Shown here: positions 40,112 through 48,929 of the stretch, in pieces
Position numbering within the stretch: position 1 is the first letter of the stretch
Layout of the letters: each line of letters starts with the position of its first letter
Virus record (IMG/VR): IMGVR_UViG_3300045988_010396
Location: 1-64,000 of that record
Source of the DNA: a virus
Length of the DNA stretch: 64,000 bases
Direction: 5' to 3' (one strand)
Translations under genes and position numbers: made by a program
Notes under the pieces: model-generated
Seen by the model: only the letters and a program-made list of their open reading frames with translations
Told to the model about the DNA's origin: nothing
The model's database searches: none

Positions 40112-40434
40112 GAAAATATGTTGTCTATGACACCACAGGCAATCCTGTTGGTGTGTCATTCAAAACTATTAGAGAGGCTGAAGAGTATAAAGCCATCAAC
40201 AGGAGATTTGATTGGGTTGTGAAGCTGGTAGACATAAACATATGGAGGGAGAGCACTCCTAAACAAAGGAATGCTCTTACCTTCTGTGAGAAGGTCTTGG
40301 ATATTCAATTTGAAGGCAACAGGCATGATTTCTATGAAGTGTCTGACTTCTTGTCTGAGTATCTGGAAGAGGCTAAACAAACAGCAATAGAATTATCATG
40401 TATGTATTCATCTTATATGTGGAACAATGATTAA
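40108..40434 (+). CDS. hypothetical protein
   Basis: 108-aa ORF, ATGA overlap with upstream gene. Confidence 0.4.
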   Translation: MRKYVVYDTTGNPVGVSFKTIREAEEYKAINRRFDWVVKLVDINIWRESTPKQRNALTFCEKVLDIQFEGNRHDFYEVSDFLSEYLEEAKQTAIELSCMYSSYMWNND

Positions 40435-40639
40435 AGTAAGTAAATGCGTGTTACTGTACGCAACAATCATATGCAGCATTCTGTTTATAACAGGTGGTGA
40501 CGCAATAATGTCAGTAGGTATTAAATACTTTCTGATATTTGGGTTAGTTTGTGTTGCTCTAATTTATCTATCTTATAAATTAATATCCAAGAAGGAGTTT
40601 GATTCCTTCACGGGATTTAACATTATAGATAAATTGTAG
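40427..40639 (+). CDS. small membrane protein (2 TM)
   Basis: 70 aa, two hydrophobic helices. Confidence 0.35.
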   Translation: MIKVSKCVLLYATIICSILFITGGDAIMSVGIKYFLIFGLVCVALIYLSYKLISKKEFDSFTGFNIIDKL

Positions 40640-40713
40640 TTGTAGATTGGGCTTTTCTGGTTCGTGAGAATAGGAAAAGACTTTTATAGTAAACAATTAA
40701 AAACAGATTAAAT

Positions 40714-41007
40714 ATGAGAATTATAGTAGTTTTTATATTTGCTTGCATTAGTCTTATAGCCAGTGCACAGCAATTCAAGCGTGAGGGTAATACCTTTGTG
40801 CAGGATACCACAAAAACTTTCAGAAAGTCTGAGGGTAAGGAGACCAAATACACCTACAAGGATAAGAATAATAAGGTATATCCTATATTCATTACCTCTT
40901 CTGGAGCTGTGTATATAAACAAAATATCAGCAAAGACAGGTAAGGAATACAGAATGTACCTTCCCAAGGGTATCAAGGAAGCTATTGCCAAGGAGATAAA
41001 GCAATGA
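40714..41007 (+). CDS. small secreted protein
   Basis: Signal peptide MRIIVVFIFACISLIASAQQ; basic mature part. Confidence 0.4.
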   Translation: MRIIVVFIFACISLIASAQQFKREGNTFVQDTTKTFRKSEGKETKYTYKDKNNKVYPIFITSSGAVYINKISAKTGKEYRMYLPKGIKEAIAKEIKQ

Positions 41008-41099
41008 TTATAACAATATTTGCTTGGCTATTTGTAATAGTTTGGGTATTAAAAATGAAAGACCAATGATAATACTTGGAATTTTAGAGATGATATTCT

Positions 41100-41396
41100 A
41101 TGGTTTTGGTACATTCTTGTTTTGTATCTTGCTATGGCATGTCTTTTTTAACGATAAATAAGATGTCTGAGCTTCTTGTTACAATCCTTAACAAACTAGG
41201 TTTGGGTAAAGGATGTAGAGTATACAACATATCTAACATGAAAAGATACATGTATGATGTGTTTGGAGACTCTATAAAGGTAGATATAATATCTCCTATA
41301 TCTGTCAGTCTTGAAGCAGGTAGTAATAAAATCATTATCACTTATGAGATAGTGAACAGTACGATAAAGAGTCTGACTATTAAAGAGGTGTTATAA
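41100..41396 (+). CDS. hypothetical protein
   Basis: 98-aa ORF. Confidence 0.35.
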   Translation: MVLVHSCFVSCYGMSFLTINKMSELLVTILNKLGLGKGCRVYNISNMKRYMYDVFGDSIKVDIISPISVSLEAGSNKIIITYEIVNSTIKSLTIKEVL

Positions 41397-41403
41397 ATGG
41401 CTC

Positions 41404-41489
41404 ACTCCCTTAGCTCAGTTGGTTCCGCAAGGCTTGAGAGCATCGGACTTTTAATCCGAGGGTCATGGGTTCGAGTCCCATAGGGAGTA
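41404..41489 (+). tRNA. tRNA-Lys(TTT) with an 11-nt insertion in the D-loop (86 nt)
   Basis: Acceptor actccct/agggagt, anticodon arm tcgga-cTTTTaa-tccga, T-arm atggg-TTCGAGT-cccat; D-region gctcagttggtt-CCGCAAGGctt-gagagc carries an extra cc-GCAA-gg mini-hairpin. Confidence 0.55.
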
Positions 41490-41506
41490 CTATTCATTTC
41501 ATTCAA

Positions 41507-41826
41507 GGGGCTGTATTTGGTCTTGACTGGTGGCTACTTGGTATGAGGACATGCAGAGACTGATGGAGAGACATCAAAACTTTAGGTGGCAACAGAATTT
41601 CTGCACCTGTAGCTCTTGCTGCTTAAGCAATCTACTGAGTTAGTCACTGACTTGGAAACAGAATAGTGACAAGACAAGATTTCTTGCATAGATAAATGCA
41701 AGTGGTGGACTATGTTGACAATCCAGTCAACCCCAGCAGAGAACCAACTGCATAATAAAGTGGTAAGCATGTGTAATCCTTATATTGAGAGCTATTAGGA
41801 CAGGGGTTCGACTCCCCTCAGCTCCA
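41507..41826 (+). ncRNA. ssrA: tmRNA (ssrA-like), tag reading frame ending ...SAPVALAA-stop
   Basis: 5' end GGGGCUGUAUUUGGUCUUGAC matches the E. coli tmRNA 5' end GGGGCUGAUUCUGGAUUCGAC. 3' end ..GGUAAGCAUGUGUAAUCC..GGACAGGGGUUCGACUCCCCUCAGCUCCA matches ..CUAAGCAUGUAGUACC..GGACGCGGGUUCAACUCCCGCCAGCUCCA. Internal ORF ggt ggc aac aga att tct gca cct gta gct ctt gct gct taa (stop 41624..41626). Confidence 0.8.
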
Positions 41827-41902
41827 GAGGCACGTTGTTAGATACTTCCACGTAGTGTGCCTTGGGTTAAAAGCTAGATTCTAACAAAAAAAAAAAGATT
41901 AT

Positions 41903-42205
41903 ATGTTAATAACAGAAAGAGCAAAAAGGAAAATAAATACTTTATTAGATAGTACTAATGATTGTATAAACTATCCTAAAACTAATAAAGATGGTTATGG
42001 GGATATTCAAGAGATTGTGGAGGGTAAAAAGCTCCACATGTTAGCTCATAGAGTATCTTATCAGTTATATACAGGAGAAGACATATCACCTGATGATATA
42101 ATATGTCATAGATGTGATAATCCTGCTTGTATTAATCCTAGACATTTGTTCAGAGGCACTCACTCAGATAATATTAAAGATAAGGTTTGTACCCATTATT
42201 CATAA
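41903..42205 (+). CDS. HNH homing endonuclease (HNH_3 type)
   Basis: KDGYGDIQ...[11 protein letters not shown]...[24 protein letters not shown]. Confidence 0.6.
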   Translation: MLITERAKRKINTLLDSTNDCINYPKTNKDGYGDIQEIVEGKKLHMLAHRVSYQLYTGEDISPDDIICHRCDNPACINPRHLFRGTHSDNIKDKVCTHYS

Positions 42206-42501
42206 GCGGTCGTAGCATAATTAGCGGTGACGCGGTAGTGGAATCCAATTACGACTATATTGTTTTCAAGAACTGGTGGTCATCAGGAAGATACTTTACA
42301 TGGACTAGAAGCAATGATATGTGGTGTGTTGGATGCTTCTACGGCACGGGCAAGGAGCTAATCGCTAAAGCCTACAAGGACAGCAAGGTGAGTGGTAGAG
42401 AGTATGAGAGAATAGTCAAATATGTAGAGCGGATTAAGAGAGACAGCAAGCCATCTTTGTGGCGGAGAATACTGTTTAATCTTAGCAAGCTCTGCAAATA
42501 G
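42187..42501 (+). CDS. hypothetical protein
   Basis: 104-aa ORF. Confidence 0.35.
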   Translation: MYPLFISGRSIISGDAVVESNYDYIVFKNWWSSGRYFTWTRSNDMWCVGCFYGTGKELIAKAYKDSKVSGREYERIVKYVERIKRDSKPSLWRRILFNLSKLCK

Positions 42502-42523
42502 TATAAAATTAAACTACATCAGA

Positions 42524-42805
42524 ATGGCAAAGATTGTAAACAATGACAAGGGGTTCAAGGTAATCAGCTTGTCAACAGAGGATGCAGCATCTCTGGGCTT
42601 TGGTATAGATGGCTCAGGTACATGTATATGTATGCATTGTAATAAGGGGTGCCGTAGTGGAGACATCTATTACATTGCAGTGCTTCATGACACTATGTGC
42701 AAGAAGTGCTATGAGAGGTGGATTAAGTCTGCTACAAGGTATGCAGAAGATATACCCATTGAAAATAGGAACTTCAACCACTATAAGGAGTGGCTGTGTC
42801 TGTGA
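42524..42805 (+). CDS. Cys-rich zinc-binding protein
   Basis: CICMHCNKGC...CKKC. Confidence 0.35.
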   Translation: MAKIVNNDKGFKVISLSTEDAASLGFGIDGSGTCICMHCNKGCRSGDIYYIAVLHDTMCKKCYERWIKSATRYAEDIPIENRNFNHYKEWLCL

Positions 42806-43005
42806 TTATTCTTATATTGTAGTGTACTATGTATTTCAAAGAAGATGAACCAATAAGAGTGCTTATGACAACACCTCTTCCTGACCCCTACTTATAAGGG
42901 CAGTTATTGGTACTAAAGTTAAATTTATGTTAAAGGTAGGTCATTTGTTTGGTAATATCAAACTTTTGACTTACCTTTGCGGTGTTCAATTAAACAACAG
43001 AGATT

Positions 43006-44429
43006 ATGTGTTCAAAAGTTAATCCTAACCTAAAGCCTGTACCTAAGTTTGAAAACACTCAACTGGCAGGTGGTTATGGTGCATTAGCTGCCAGGCAGTC
43101 CAATGTAGCATTGCTTAGAAGAGCAGTGCTGGCTAATCTCCTTTGAGAGGATGTAGCATATATGGATGGTGAGAGAGTAGCCAATGAAATACAGAGGTTA
43201 ATACCTCTGTGCCCTGCTGAGGATGTATATAATATAGCTCTTGAAGCTAGGTTAATGCAGAAACTGAGGCATACTCCATTGTTTATAGCAGTGGAAATGT
43301 GCAAGTATCCTGAACATAAGTTATTTGTTAAGGACTTGCTACCAAAGATAGTTACAAGAGCTGATATGCTCACTGACTTCTTGGCTATATATATATATAT
43401 TGGAAGGATGGCAAGCATCCTATCTGTAACCAAGCTAAGAAGGGTCTTGCTCTAGCCTTCCACAACTTCAATGAGTATAAGTTGGCTAAGTATGACAGAG
43501 ATGCTGCTATCAAGCTCAGGGATGTGATGTTCTTGGTACATGCAAAGCCTAGAAACCAGTATGAGCAGGAGTTGTTCAATAAGGTAGCTGAGAGAACTCT
43601 CACACCACCTGAGACATGGGAAGTCATGTTAAGTAGAGGTGATGACAAGAAGGCTACTTGGACTAAGCTCATTACAGAGGGTAAGATTGGAGGTCTGGCT
43701 ATGTTGAGAAACATAGCTAATATGCAGAAGGCCAATGTGGATAGAAGGACTATCCAAGATGGCCTTAAGACACTGAGAAGCTCAATGCTATTACCTCTTG
43801 ACTTCTGGAAGGCTGCTAGAATGAACCCAGCATTTGAGAGAGACATTGAGGATGCTATGATAGAGGCATATAAGAACTTACCTAAACTTCCTGGCAAGAC
43901 ACTATTTATAGTGGATGTATCAGGTTCTATGGGTTTTTTAACCTCTGGTAGCTCTCAGTTCAACAGGATGGACCAAGCTTGTGCTATGGCTATCTTGGCA
44001 GCTAATCAGTGTGAGGACTATGAGCTTGTAGCTACAGCAGGTAATGATGATTCTAAAATAAGTGCCTCAGAGTGGATTGAATATCCAAAGAGAGGTTTTG
44101 CTCTTGCTCCACAGATAATGGATACCAGGCATAGGATTAGTGGTGGAGGTATATTCACCAGGCAGTGCCTAGAGTGGTGTAAGGATAAGTTCAAAGACAA
44201 GAAGTTTGATAGAATTATCATATTCTCAGACTCTCAAGACTGTGACTATCCTGAGAAGAGAGTACCTAAACCATTTGGTACATATAACTATATTGTAGAT
44301 GTATCTGCTCATACAAGAGGAGTGAACTACAAGGGTGTATGGACTGCTGAGGTTTCAGGCTGGTCAGAACATTTCTTGACTTATATTGCAGCTCTTGAGG
44401 GATTGCAGAATAAGTTTGAGGAGCAATAA
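43006..44429 (+). pseudogene. rsr: Ro60/Rsr-like protein (TROVE + vWA/MIDAS), interrupted by an in-frame TGA (43144..43146) and a frame change at (TA)7 (43386..43399)
   Basis: Frame 1 from ATG 43006 reads MCSKVNPNLKPVPKFENTQLAGGYGALAARQSNVALLRRAVLANLL-TGA-EDVAYMDGERVANEIQRLI..., resembling the Ro60 N-terminus (RLHRFL.FGSEGGTYY...ALIRLI). After the TA tract the open frame becomes frame 0 (..GKHPICNQAKKGLALAFHNF..), continuing through GLAMLRNIANM to the MIDAS motif LFIVDVSGSMG and stop at 44429. Track ORFs 43162..43455 and 43482..44429 are fragments of this gene. Confidence 0.6.
43386..43399. repeat. (TA)7 dinucleotide repeat at the frame junction of the Ro60-like gene
   Basis: tatatatatatata read directly; loss of one TA unit would fuse the two reading frames. 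Confidence 0.9.
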
Positions 44430-44581
44430 ATAAAAAGAGCCTATAAGTGAAAGTCAGAGTTACTTCAATATTGGGATATTTTGACACTCTGACAAAGTGT
44501 TCTATAGGCTTTTAAGCTCTTCTATAGTTAGAAAGAGTTTCGAGACCCGATTGCCTTTGATGCATCTCGGGTCTTGCGATG

Positions 44582-44715
44582 GAGGAGTTAGCTCAGAGGT
44601 TAGAGCAGTTAAACAAGACACTCTACATACTGTTCTCTAGTAATAGTAGTGATTTGTAGAGATACTTCAAGCACTTTCATTGCACAGGTCATAGGTTCGA
44701 GTCCTATACTCCTCC
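44582..44715 (+). ncRNA. tRNA-like RNA 1 with ~60-nt internal insertion; candidate Y-RNA-like tRNA mimic
   Basis: Perfect acceptor gaggagt/actcctc, canonical D-arm gctc-agaggtta-gagc and T-arm atagg-TTCGAGT-cctat, but no consistent anticodon arm. Insertion carries a 7-bp hairpin ctctaca/tgtagag and motifs agtagtg and tacttcaag. Confidence 0.5.
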
Positions 44716-44779
44716 CAACTTTGTTGGATTTTGTGTGTTTTACCTCACTGGTATGTGAATATAGGTGAGGTTTTTACAA

Positions 44780-44918
44780 GGCGGAGTAGCTAAATGGTTA
44801 AAGCAACACCCTTACAGAATTTATCTGGTAAAGCAGTAGTGGGTTGTCAGGGTTACTTCAAGGTTATAGCATTAGTTTTGGGTGCTAAAGAATGTAAGTT
44901 CGAGTCTTACCTCCGCCA
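44780..44918 (+). ncRNA. tRNA-like RNA 2 with ~65-nt internal insertion; candidate Y-RNA-like tRNA mimic
   Basis: Acceptor ggcggag/ctccgcc, D-arm gcta-aatggtta-aagc, T-arm gtaag-TTCGAGT-cttac; internal motifs tctggtaaagcagtagtg and ttacttcaag shared with RNA 3. Confidence 0.5.
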
Positions 44919-45127
44919 CTTATTTACCTACCTCACCTAGCATAGTTATACAGGATAAGACCCATTATGATGGAGCACCGATGAAACTATCCTAGCCACG
45001 CTGGTATTGCTATTCAGTGAGTGAGAAAATGAATAGCCTCGAAGCATAGTGGAGATAACGTCAAGGAGTACCATCCTTAGCAGCTATGTAAAATTGGTTG
45101 ACAATCTGGAAAGACAGATAATAAAAT

Positions 45128-45255
45128 GGGGGAGTAGCTAAATTGGTTACTATACTCTTGCTGTTATTCTCTGGAAGCAGTAGTGTTAGCAAAGAGTTAC
45201 TTCAAGCATTCATCTGGTAAATGAAAGTATATTGGTTCGAGTCCAATCTCCCCCG
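45128..45255 (+). ncRNA. tRNA-like RNA 3 with ~55-nt internal insertion; candidate Y-RNA-like tRNA mimic
   Basis: Acceptor gggggag/ctccccc, T-arm attgg-TTCGAGT-ccaat; motifs tctggaagcagtagtg and ttacttcaag; possible anticodon-like arm ttcat-cTGGTaa-atgaa near the 3' side. Confidence 0.5.
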
Positions 45256-45457
45256 CAAAATAGAGGTTAGTGAATGTTACAGTTACTTCAATTATGATTA
45301 GTATATTGGTTTAACATTCAATCAAGAAAGGAGTAGATTTATTCACAACTTTTTTAACTCAACCCAACTGTGGCAGAGTTGTTCTACCTCTATTAAGAGG
45401 GCTATGGTAGTAATACTATAGTCCTCTTTCTTTTTGAAATTGTGTTAGCTACATATA

Positions 45458-45874
45458 TTGTATTACTTAAAAAAAAAAAGTATGGCAAAAACAAATGAAA
45501 GTGTCGGGAGAGTCGAGGACTTGAAGGCACAAGTGAAGGACCTTCTAGGCTTAGATGCCATGATGGATGAGAGTGTGACTAAGGAAATGAAGGACGAACT
45601 TATCGCTCAGGCTAAGAACAAAGGTGATAAGCACATCGAAGAGGTGATGGACACCATTGAGAAGGCACTTGAGAAGGTTAAGGACCCTGAGTTCAAGGCT
45701 ATCATCGCCTCTATCATATGGACTAAGTGTCCTATAGGTATGCAGAAGTCCTGCATTGAGTTTCACAACAAGCTGTTGTGTGTTGCGATGGCTGCTCATA
45801 TGGATAAGCAGACTAAGGGTAATTCCCTTGCAGGTCTTGCACTGCTGTCAACTGTACTTGGAGATAAGAGATAA
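45458..45874 (+). CDS. hypothetical protein (real start probably ATG 45482, after an A11 tract)
   Basis: 138-aa ORF; ttaaaaaaaaaaag precedes MAKTNES. Confidence 0.4.
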   Translation: MYYLKKKSMAKTNESVGRVEDLKAQVKDLLGLDAMMDESVTKEMKDELIAQAKNKGDKHIEEVMDTIEKALEKVKDPEFKAIIASIIWTKCPIGMQKSCIEFHNKLLCVAMAAHMDKQTKGNSLAGLALLSTVLGDKR

Positions 45875-45880
45875 ACTGAA

Positions 45881-46252
45881 ATGAGTGAAATCAAGGTGAG
45901 TGTCAGTATTACACTACAAGGTGGTGTAATGCTGACCCAAGCTGAGGCTGAACAGCTTGAGAAGAACAAAGTAGGCACTGGTTATGACCTGACTAGAGTC
46001 AAGGTTAAGGACAAGGAGGGTAATGCTGATGTCCTCAACGTGAGAACTAGGAAGTCCAGAACTGCCACACAGACCATAAGCATGTACAAAGAGGCTTATG
46101 AGTACATGACAAGTAAGGATAGCTGTCCTACCAGTATCAAGCAGTATGTATGGGCTAAGATGAAGCCAGTACAGAGATTGGAGGTACATCTTAACTTGGT
46201 ATGTAAGCACCTCGGGGGCATCTCCTACACCTATAAGGTATTTGATGATTGA
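45881..46252 (+). CDS. hypothetical protein
   Basis: 123-aa ORF. Confidence 0.4.
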   Translation: MSEIKVSVSITLQGGVMLTQAEAEQLEKNKVGTGYDLTRVKVKDKEGNADVLNVRTRKSRTATQTISMYKEAYEYMTSKDSCPTSIKQYVWAKMKPVQRLEVHLNLVCKHLGGISYTYKVFDD

Positions 46253-46408
46253 GTAATAACAACATCACTTATACTGTAGAAGTATGAGGTTTCTTGTGGT
46301 ATTAGTGTCCTTATTGGGAGTCATACTCCTGATAAGGACATTTAATAGGTATGGCCCTAATCTTGACTTGGCACAGTCAGGCAGGAAGTACGTTAAACTA
46401 TTTGAGAT

Positions 46409-47128
46409 ATGATAGAATTTGGACTTAAGAGAGTTACAAATGGTAAGAAATCAAGGTTTCTTAAGAAGTTTCCTCGTAAGAGAATACTCCATAGGGGGGA
46501 TGAGAAAGCTGCCTCTTGGTTTAGAAACAACTGGATAGATGATAACTACATATACTTTAAGGGTAACTTGGATAGATTCCTTAAGTCCAATGTAGGAAGA
46601 CCAGTTGATAAGGTATTTTCAGAATTCCTTGACAGGTGTAATAAATCTGCCAGTGTATATAATCTGAGGAAGTGGTTCTATGACATGTTTAAGGAAAAGT
46701 CAGAGATTGGCTGGTCAGGTGGTTTCTATATCACCAATGGCATATTGAACTACAAGAAGAGAACCAAGAAACCTAAGTACAAGTCTTACATCAGCATGTG
46801 TGACTATAACAGGCAGTTAATACCTGATATAGGTGCTCTGTGCAGACAATGTGAGTCAAGTCATCTCAAGCAACCTGTTGGAGAGTTCAGGCTTGCCTAT
46901 AAGGGCCAGAAGAGGGTTTACTTAGTGGAGAGGGAGATATGGTTATCAGACCTAAAGCTACAGTCTCACTATAGGTTATGCTCTATTTATGGAGTGGGCA
47001 AGGGAGTATCCAAGAGTATATTGGATTATCAAGACAAGATGTACAAGGCTACCTATGTATTATGTGACAATCTGGGTTGGTCTGAACTACCTGAGTTTGT
47101 ATTTATTACCAAGATTGAAGAGAAATGA
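46409..47128 (+). CDS. hypothetical protein
   Basis: 239-aa ORF. Confidence 0.45.
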   Translation: MIEFGLKRVTNGKKSRFLKKFPRKRILHRGDEKAASWFRNNWIDDNYIYFKGNLDRFLKSNVGRPVDKVFSEFLDRCNKSASVYNLRKWFYDMFKEKSEIGWSGGFYITNGILNYKKRTKKPKYKSYISMCDYNRQLIPDIGALCRQCESSHLKQPVGEFRLAYKGQKRVYLVEREIWLSDLKLQSHYRLCSIYGVGKGVSKSILDYQDKMYKATYVLCDNLGWSELPEFVFITKIEEK

Positions 47129-47307
47129 AGAAAGGTCTTATACTAGTAGCATTAGTATTATTGTTCATAGTGTTTATGGCTATACTGACAGGTTGTCTTA
47201 GCCTAATATCAGCACCTAACACTATAGAGAACATATTGGGAGTGGTGATACTAGCTGCCACTATGATAACAACGATAAATCTAATCAAGAGTCAAATTCA
47301 AAAATAA
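47125..47307 (+). CDS. small membrane protein
   Basis: 60 aa, two hydrophobic helices. Confidence 0.3.
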   Translation: MKKGLILVALVLLFIVFMAILTGCLSLISAPNTIENILGVVILAATMITTINLIKSQIQK

Positions 47308-47345
47308 GCTGTAAGTGTTTAACAAATTTAATAATTGAAAGAAAA

Positions 47346-48131
47346 GTGAAAAGTAAATTGATTTTGGGACTTCTGTTCTCGTTTATGATGTTCTCCATGA
47401 CATCCTGTATGGAGAAGGTAGATGCTGGTTGTGAGGGCATCAAGGTGAATCTGTATGGTAGCGATAAGGGAGTAGATGATGCTTCCCTAGTAACTGGTAT
47501 TGTATGGTACAACCCCTGGACCACTACAGTATATGAGTACCCCACCTATGTACAGACCATTGACTATGAGCCATTCACTATCAATGCTAAGGATGGTTCT
47601 GAGTTCACTGTAGACCCTACTGTGTCATTGAAGATTATTGATGGCAAATCACCTGCTGTCTTCAAGAAGTACAGAAAAGAATTGAATGAGGTAATCAAGG
47701 GTACTCTGTATAACTATGTGAAGGATGCCTTTAGAATCCAGTTGAACAAGTTCACCACTGATGACATTGTGAGCAAGAGGGATAGCATTGAGAGTGCTAT
47801 TGAGAGATATTTGACTCAAGCACTTGCCAAAGAGAACTTCCAATTGGAACAGCTCACTTCTGGATTGAAGTACCCCCAAACCATTGTAGAGTCTGTGAAT
47901 GCTAAGAATAAGGCTATACAGCAGGCCATGCAGGTAGAGAATGAGGTCAAGGTAGCAGAGGCCCAAGCCAAGAAGCTCATTGTAGCTGCTGAGGCAGAGA
48001 AGAAAGCCAATGAATTAAGACAACAGGCTCTTACTCCAGCTATTCTTGAGAAGATGTGGATTGAGAAATGGGATGGTAAGCTTCCTGTGTATGGTCAAGT
48101 GCCTACTATATTCAAGGATATTAGTAAGTAA
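47346..48131 (+). CDS. SPFH/band-7 (prohibitin/HflC-like) lipoprotein
   Basis: Lipoprotein signal LLFSFMMFSMTSC followed by an SPFH-like core and an Ala/Lys/Glu-rich helix (VKVAEAQAKKLIVAAEAEKKANELRQQA). Confidence 0.45.
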   Translation: MKSKLILGLLFSFMMFSMTSCMEKVDAGCEGIKVNLYGSDKGVDDASLVTGIVWYNPWTTTVYEYPTYVQTIDYEPFTINAKDGSEFTVDPTVSLKIIDGKSPAVFKKYRKELNEVIKGTLYNYVKDAFRIQLNKFTTDDIVSKRDSIESAIERYLTQALAKENFQLEQLTSGLKYPQTIVESVNAKNKAIQQAMQVENEVKVAEAQAKKLIVAAEAEKKANELRQQALTPAILEKMWIEKWDGKLPVYGQVPTIFKDISK

Positions 48132-48134
48132 GCT

Positions 48135-48455
48135 ATGGGATGGATTATATTAGGTATTATGTTCCTTGCAGTGACTGTATGGTCACTCAAGGGCACTACC
48201 ATTGTTGAGTACTGCTATAAGGACAAAGTGGATGAACACCATGTTCCTGTGTGGGCACTGCTTATAGCTTTTGTACTTTACTGTGTTCCTTTTATAGGCA
48301 TATTGGTATTCATAGCATATCATGTATGGTTCATTGTATTTGCCTGTACAAAACCACATAATGGGTATGAGTACTATATTATGGAACTGTCAAACAAGAA
48401 CATACTGCATAGGATTCTTGGTGCAATAGTACGTGTGCTTAATAAAACAATCTAG
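48135..48455 (+). CDS. membrane protein
   Basis: 106 aa, 2-3 TM helices. Confidence 0.4.
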   Translation: MGWIILGIMFLAVTVWSLKGTTIVEYCYKDKVDEHHVPVWALLIAFVLYCVPFIGILVFIAYHVWFIVFACTKPHNGYEYYIMELSNKNILHRILGAIVRVLNKTI

Positions 48456-48927
48456 TATGAAACAAAAGATATTTAACTATATACTACTGTCTTGGATGGT
48501 AATCCTTACAGGATATATTGCCTTAGAGAGTGGGAAAGCCCCTCCTGATGCTGAGTTTGAGCTAAAACTCAATGATAGGGAGATTATGAAAGACTTGGAA
48601 GCTAATGTTACCAATATGCTTGCGGTGTGTGAATACTATGGAGTAAAACATCCTAGGGTAGTCACAGCTCAAGCTATATTGGAGTCAGGTAACTTTGAGT
48701 CCAAATTATTTAAGGAGTATAATAATCCCTTTGGTCTTTACAATAGTAAGAAGAAGGATTACTTCAAGTTCAAGCATTGGACAGATGCTGTAGCAGCCTA
48801 TATCTCTATGGTGGAGTATAGGTATGTTGGAGGTGATTATTATAGATTCCTTGAGGAGCTTCCCTATGCCCAAGACAATAGATATATAGATAAAGTTAGA
48901 ATAATAGAAAGTAATTTGCCCCCGTAG
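48433..48927 (+). CDS. membrane-anchored glucosaminidase (FlgJ/GH73-like) peptidoglycan hydrolase
   Basis: N-terminal TM, then VVTAQAILESGNFESKLFKEYNNPFGLY matching the glucosaminidase family signature. Confidence 0.55.
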   Translation: MCLIKQSSMKQKIFNYILLSWMVILTGYIALESGKAPPDAEFELKLNDREIMKDLEANVTNMLAVCEYYGVKHPRVVTAQAILESGNFESKLFKEYNNPFGLYNSKKKDYFKFKHWTDAVAAYISMVEYRYVGGDYYRFLEELPYAQDNRYIDKVRIIESNLPP

Positions 48928-48929
48928 AT

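Larger units (their letters stand above)
44457..45291 (+). repeat. five dispersed copies of a TTACTTCAA(G) motif (44460, 44663, 44853, 45197, 45283): three inside the tRNA-like RNAs and two flanking them
   Basis: Direct reading; flanking copies are gagTTACTTCAAtattggg and cagTTACTTCAAttatgatt. Confidence 0.6.

Noticed and set aside
43074-43433. Minus-strand 119-aa ORF overlapping the Ro60-like gene
   Set aside because: Antisense to a gene with clear Ro60 homology signatures, so it is treated as spurious.
44582-45255. The three long tRNA-like genes as ordinary intron-containing tRNAs supplying the missing Gly/Glu/Tyr/Trp isoacceptors
   Set aside because: No consistent anticodon stem could be formed by any single excision point. 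The insertions are too short for group I introns. The motif order differs between copies. The Y-RNA-like interpretation fits better, though the intron hypothesis is not fully excluded.
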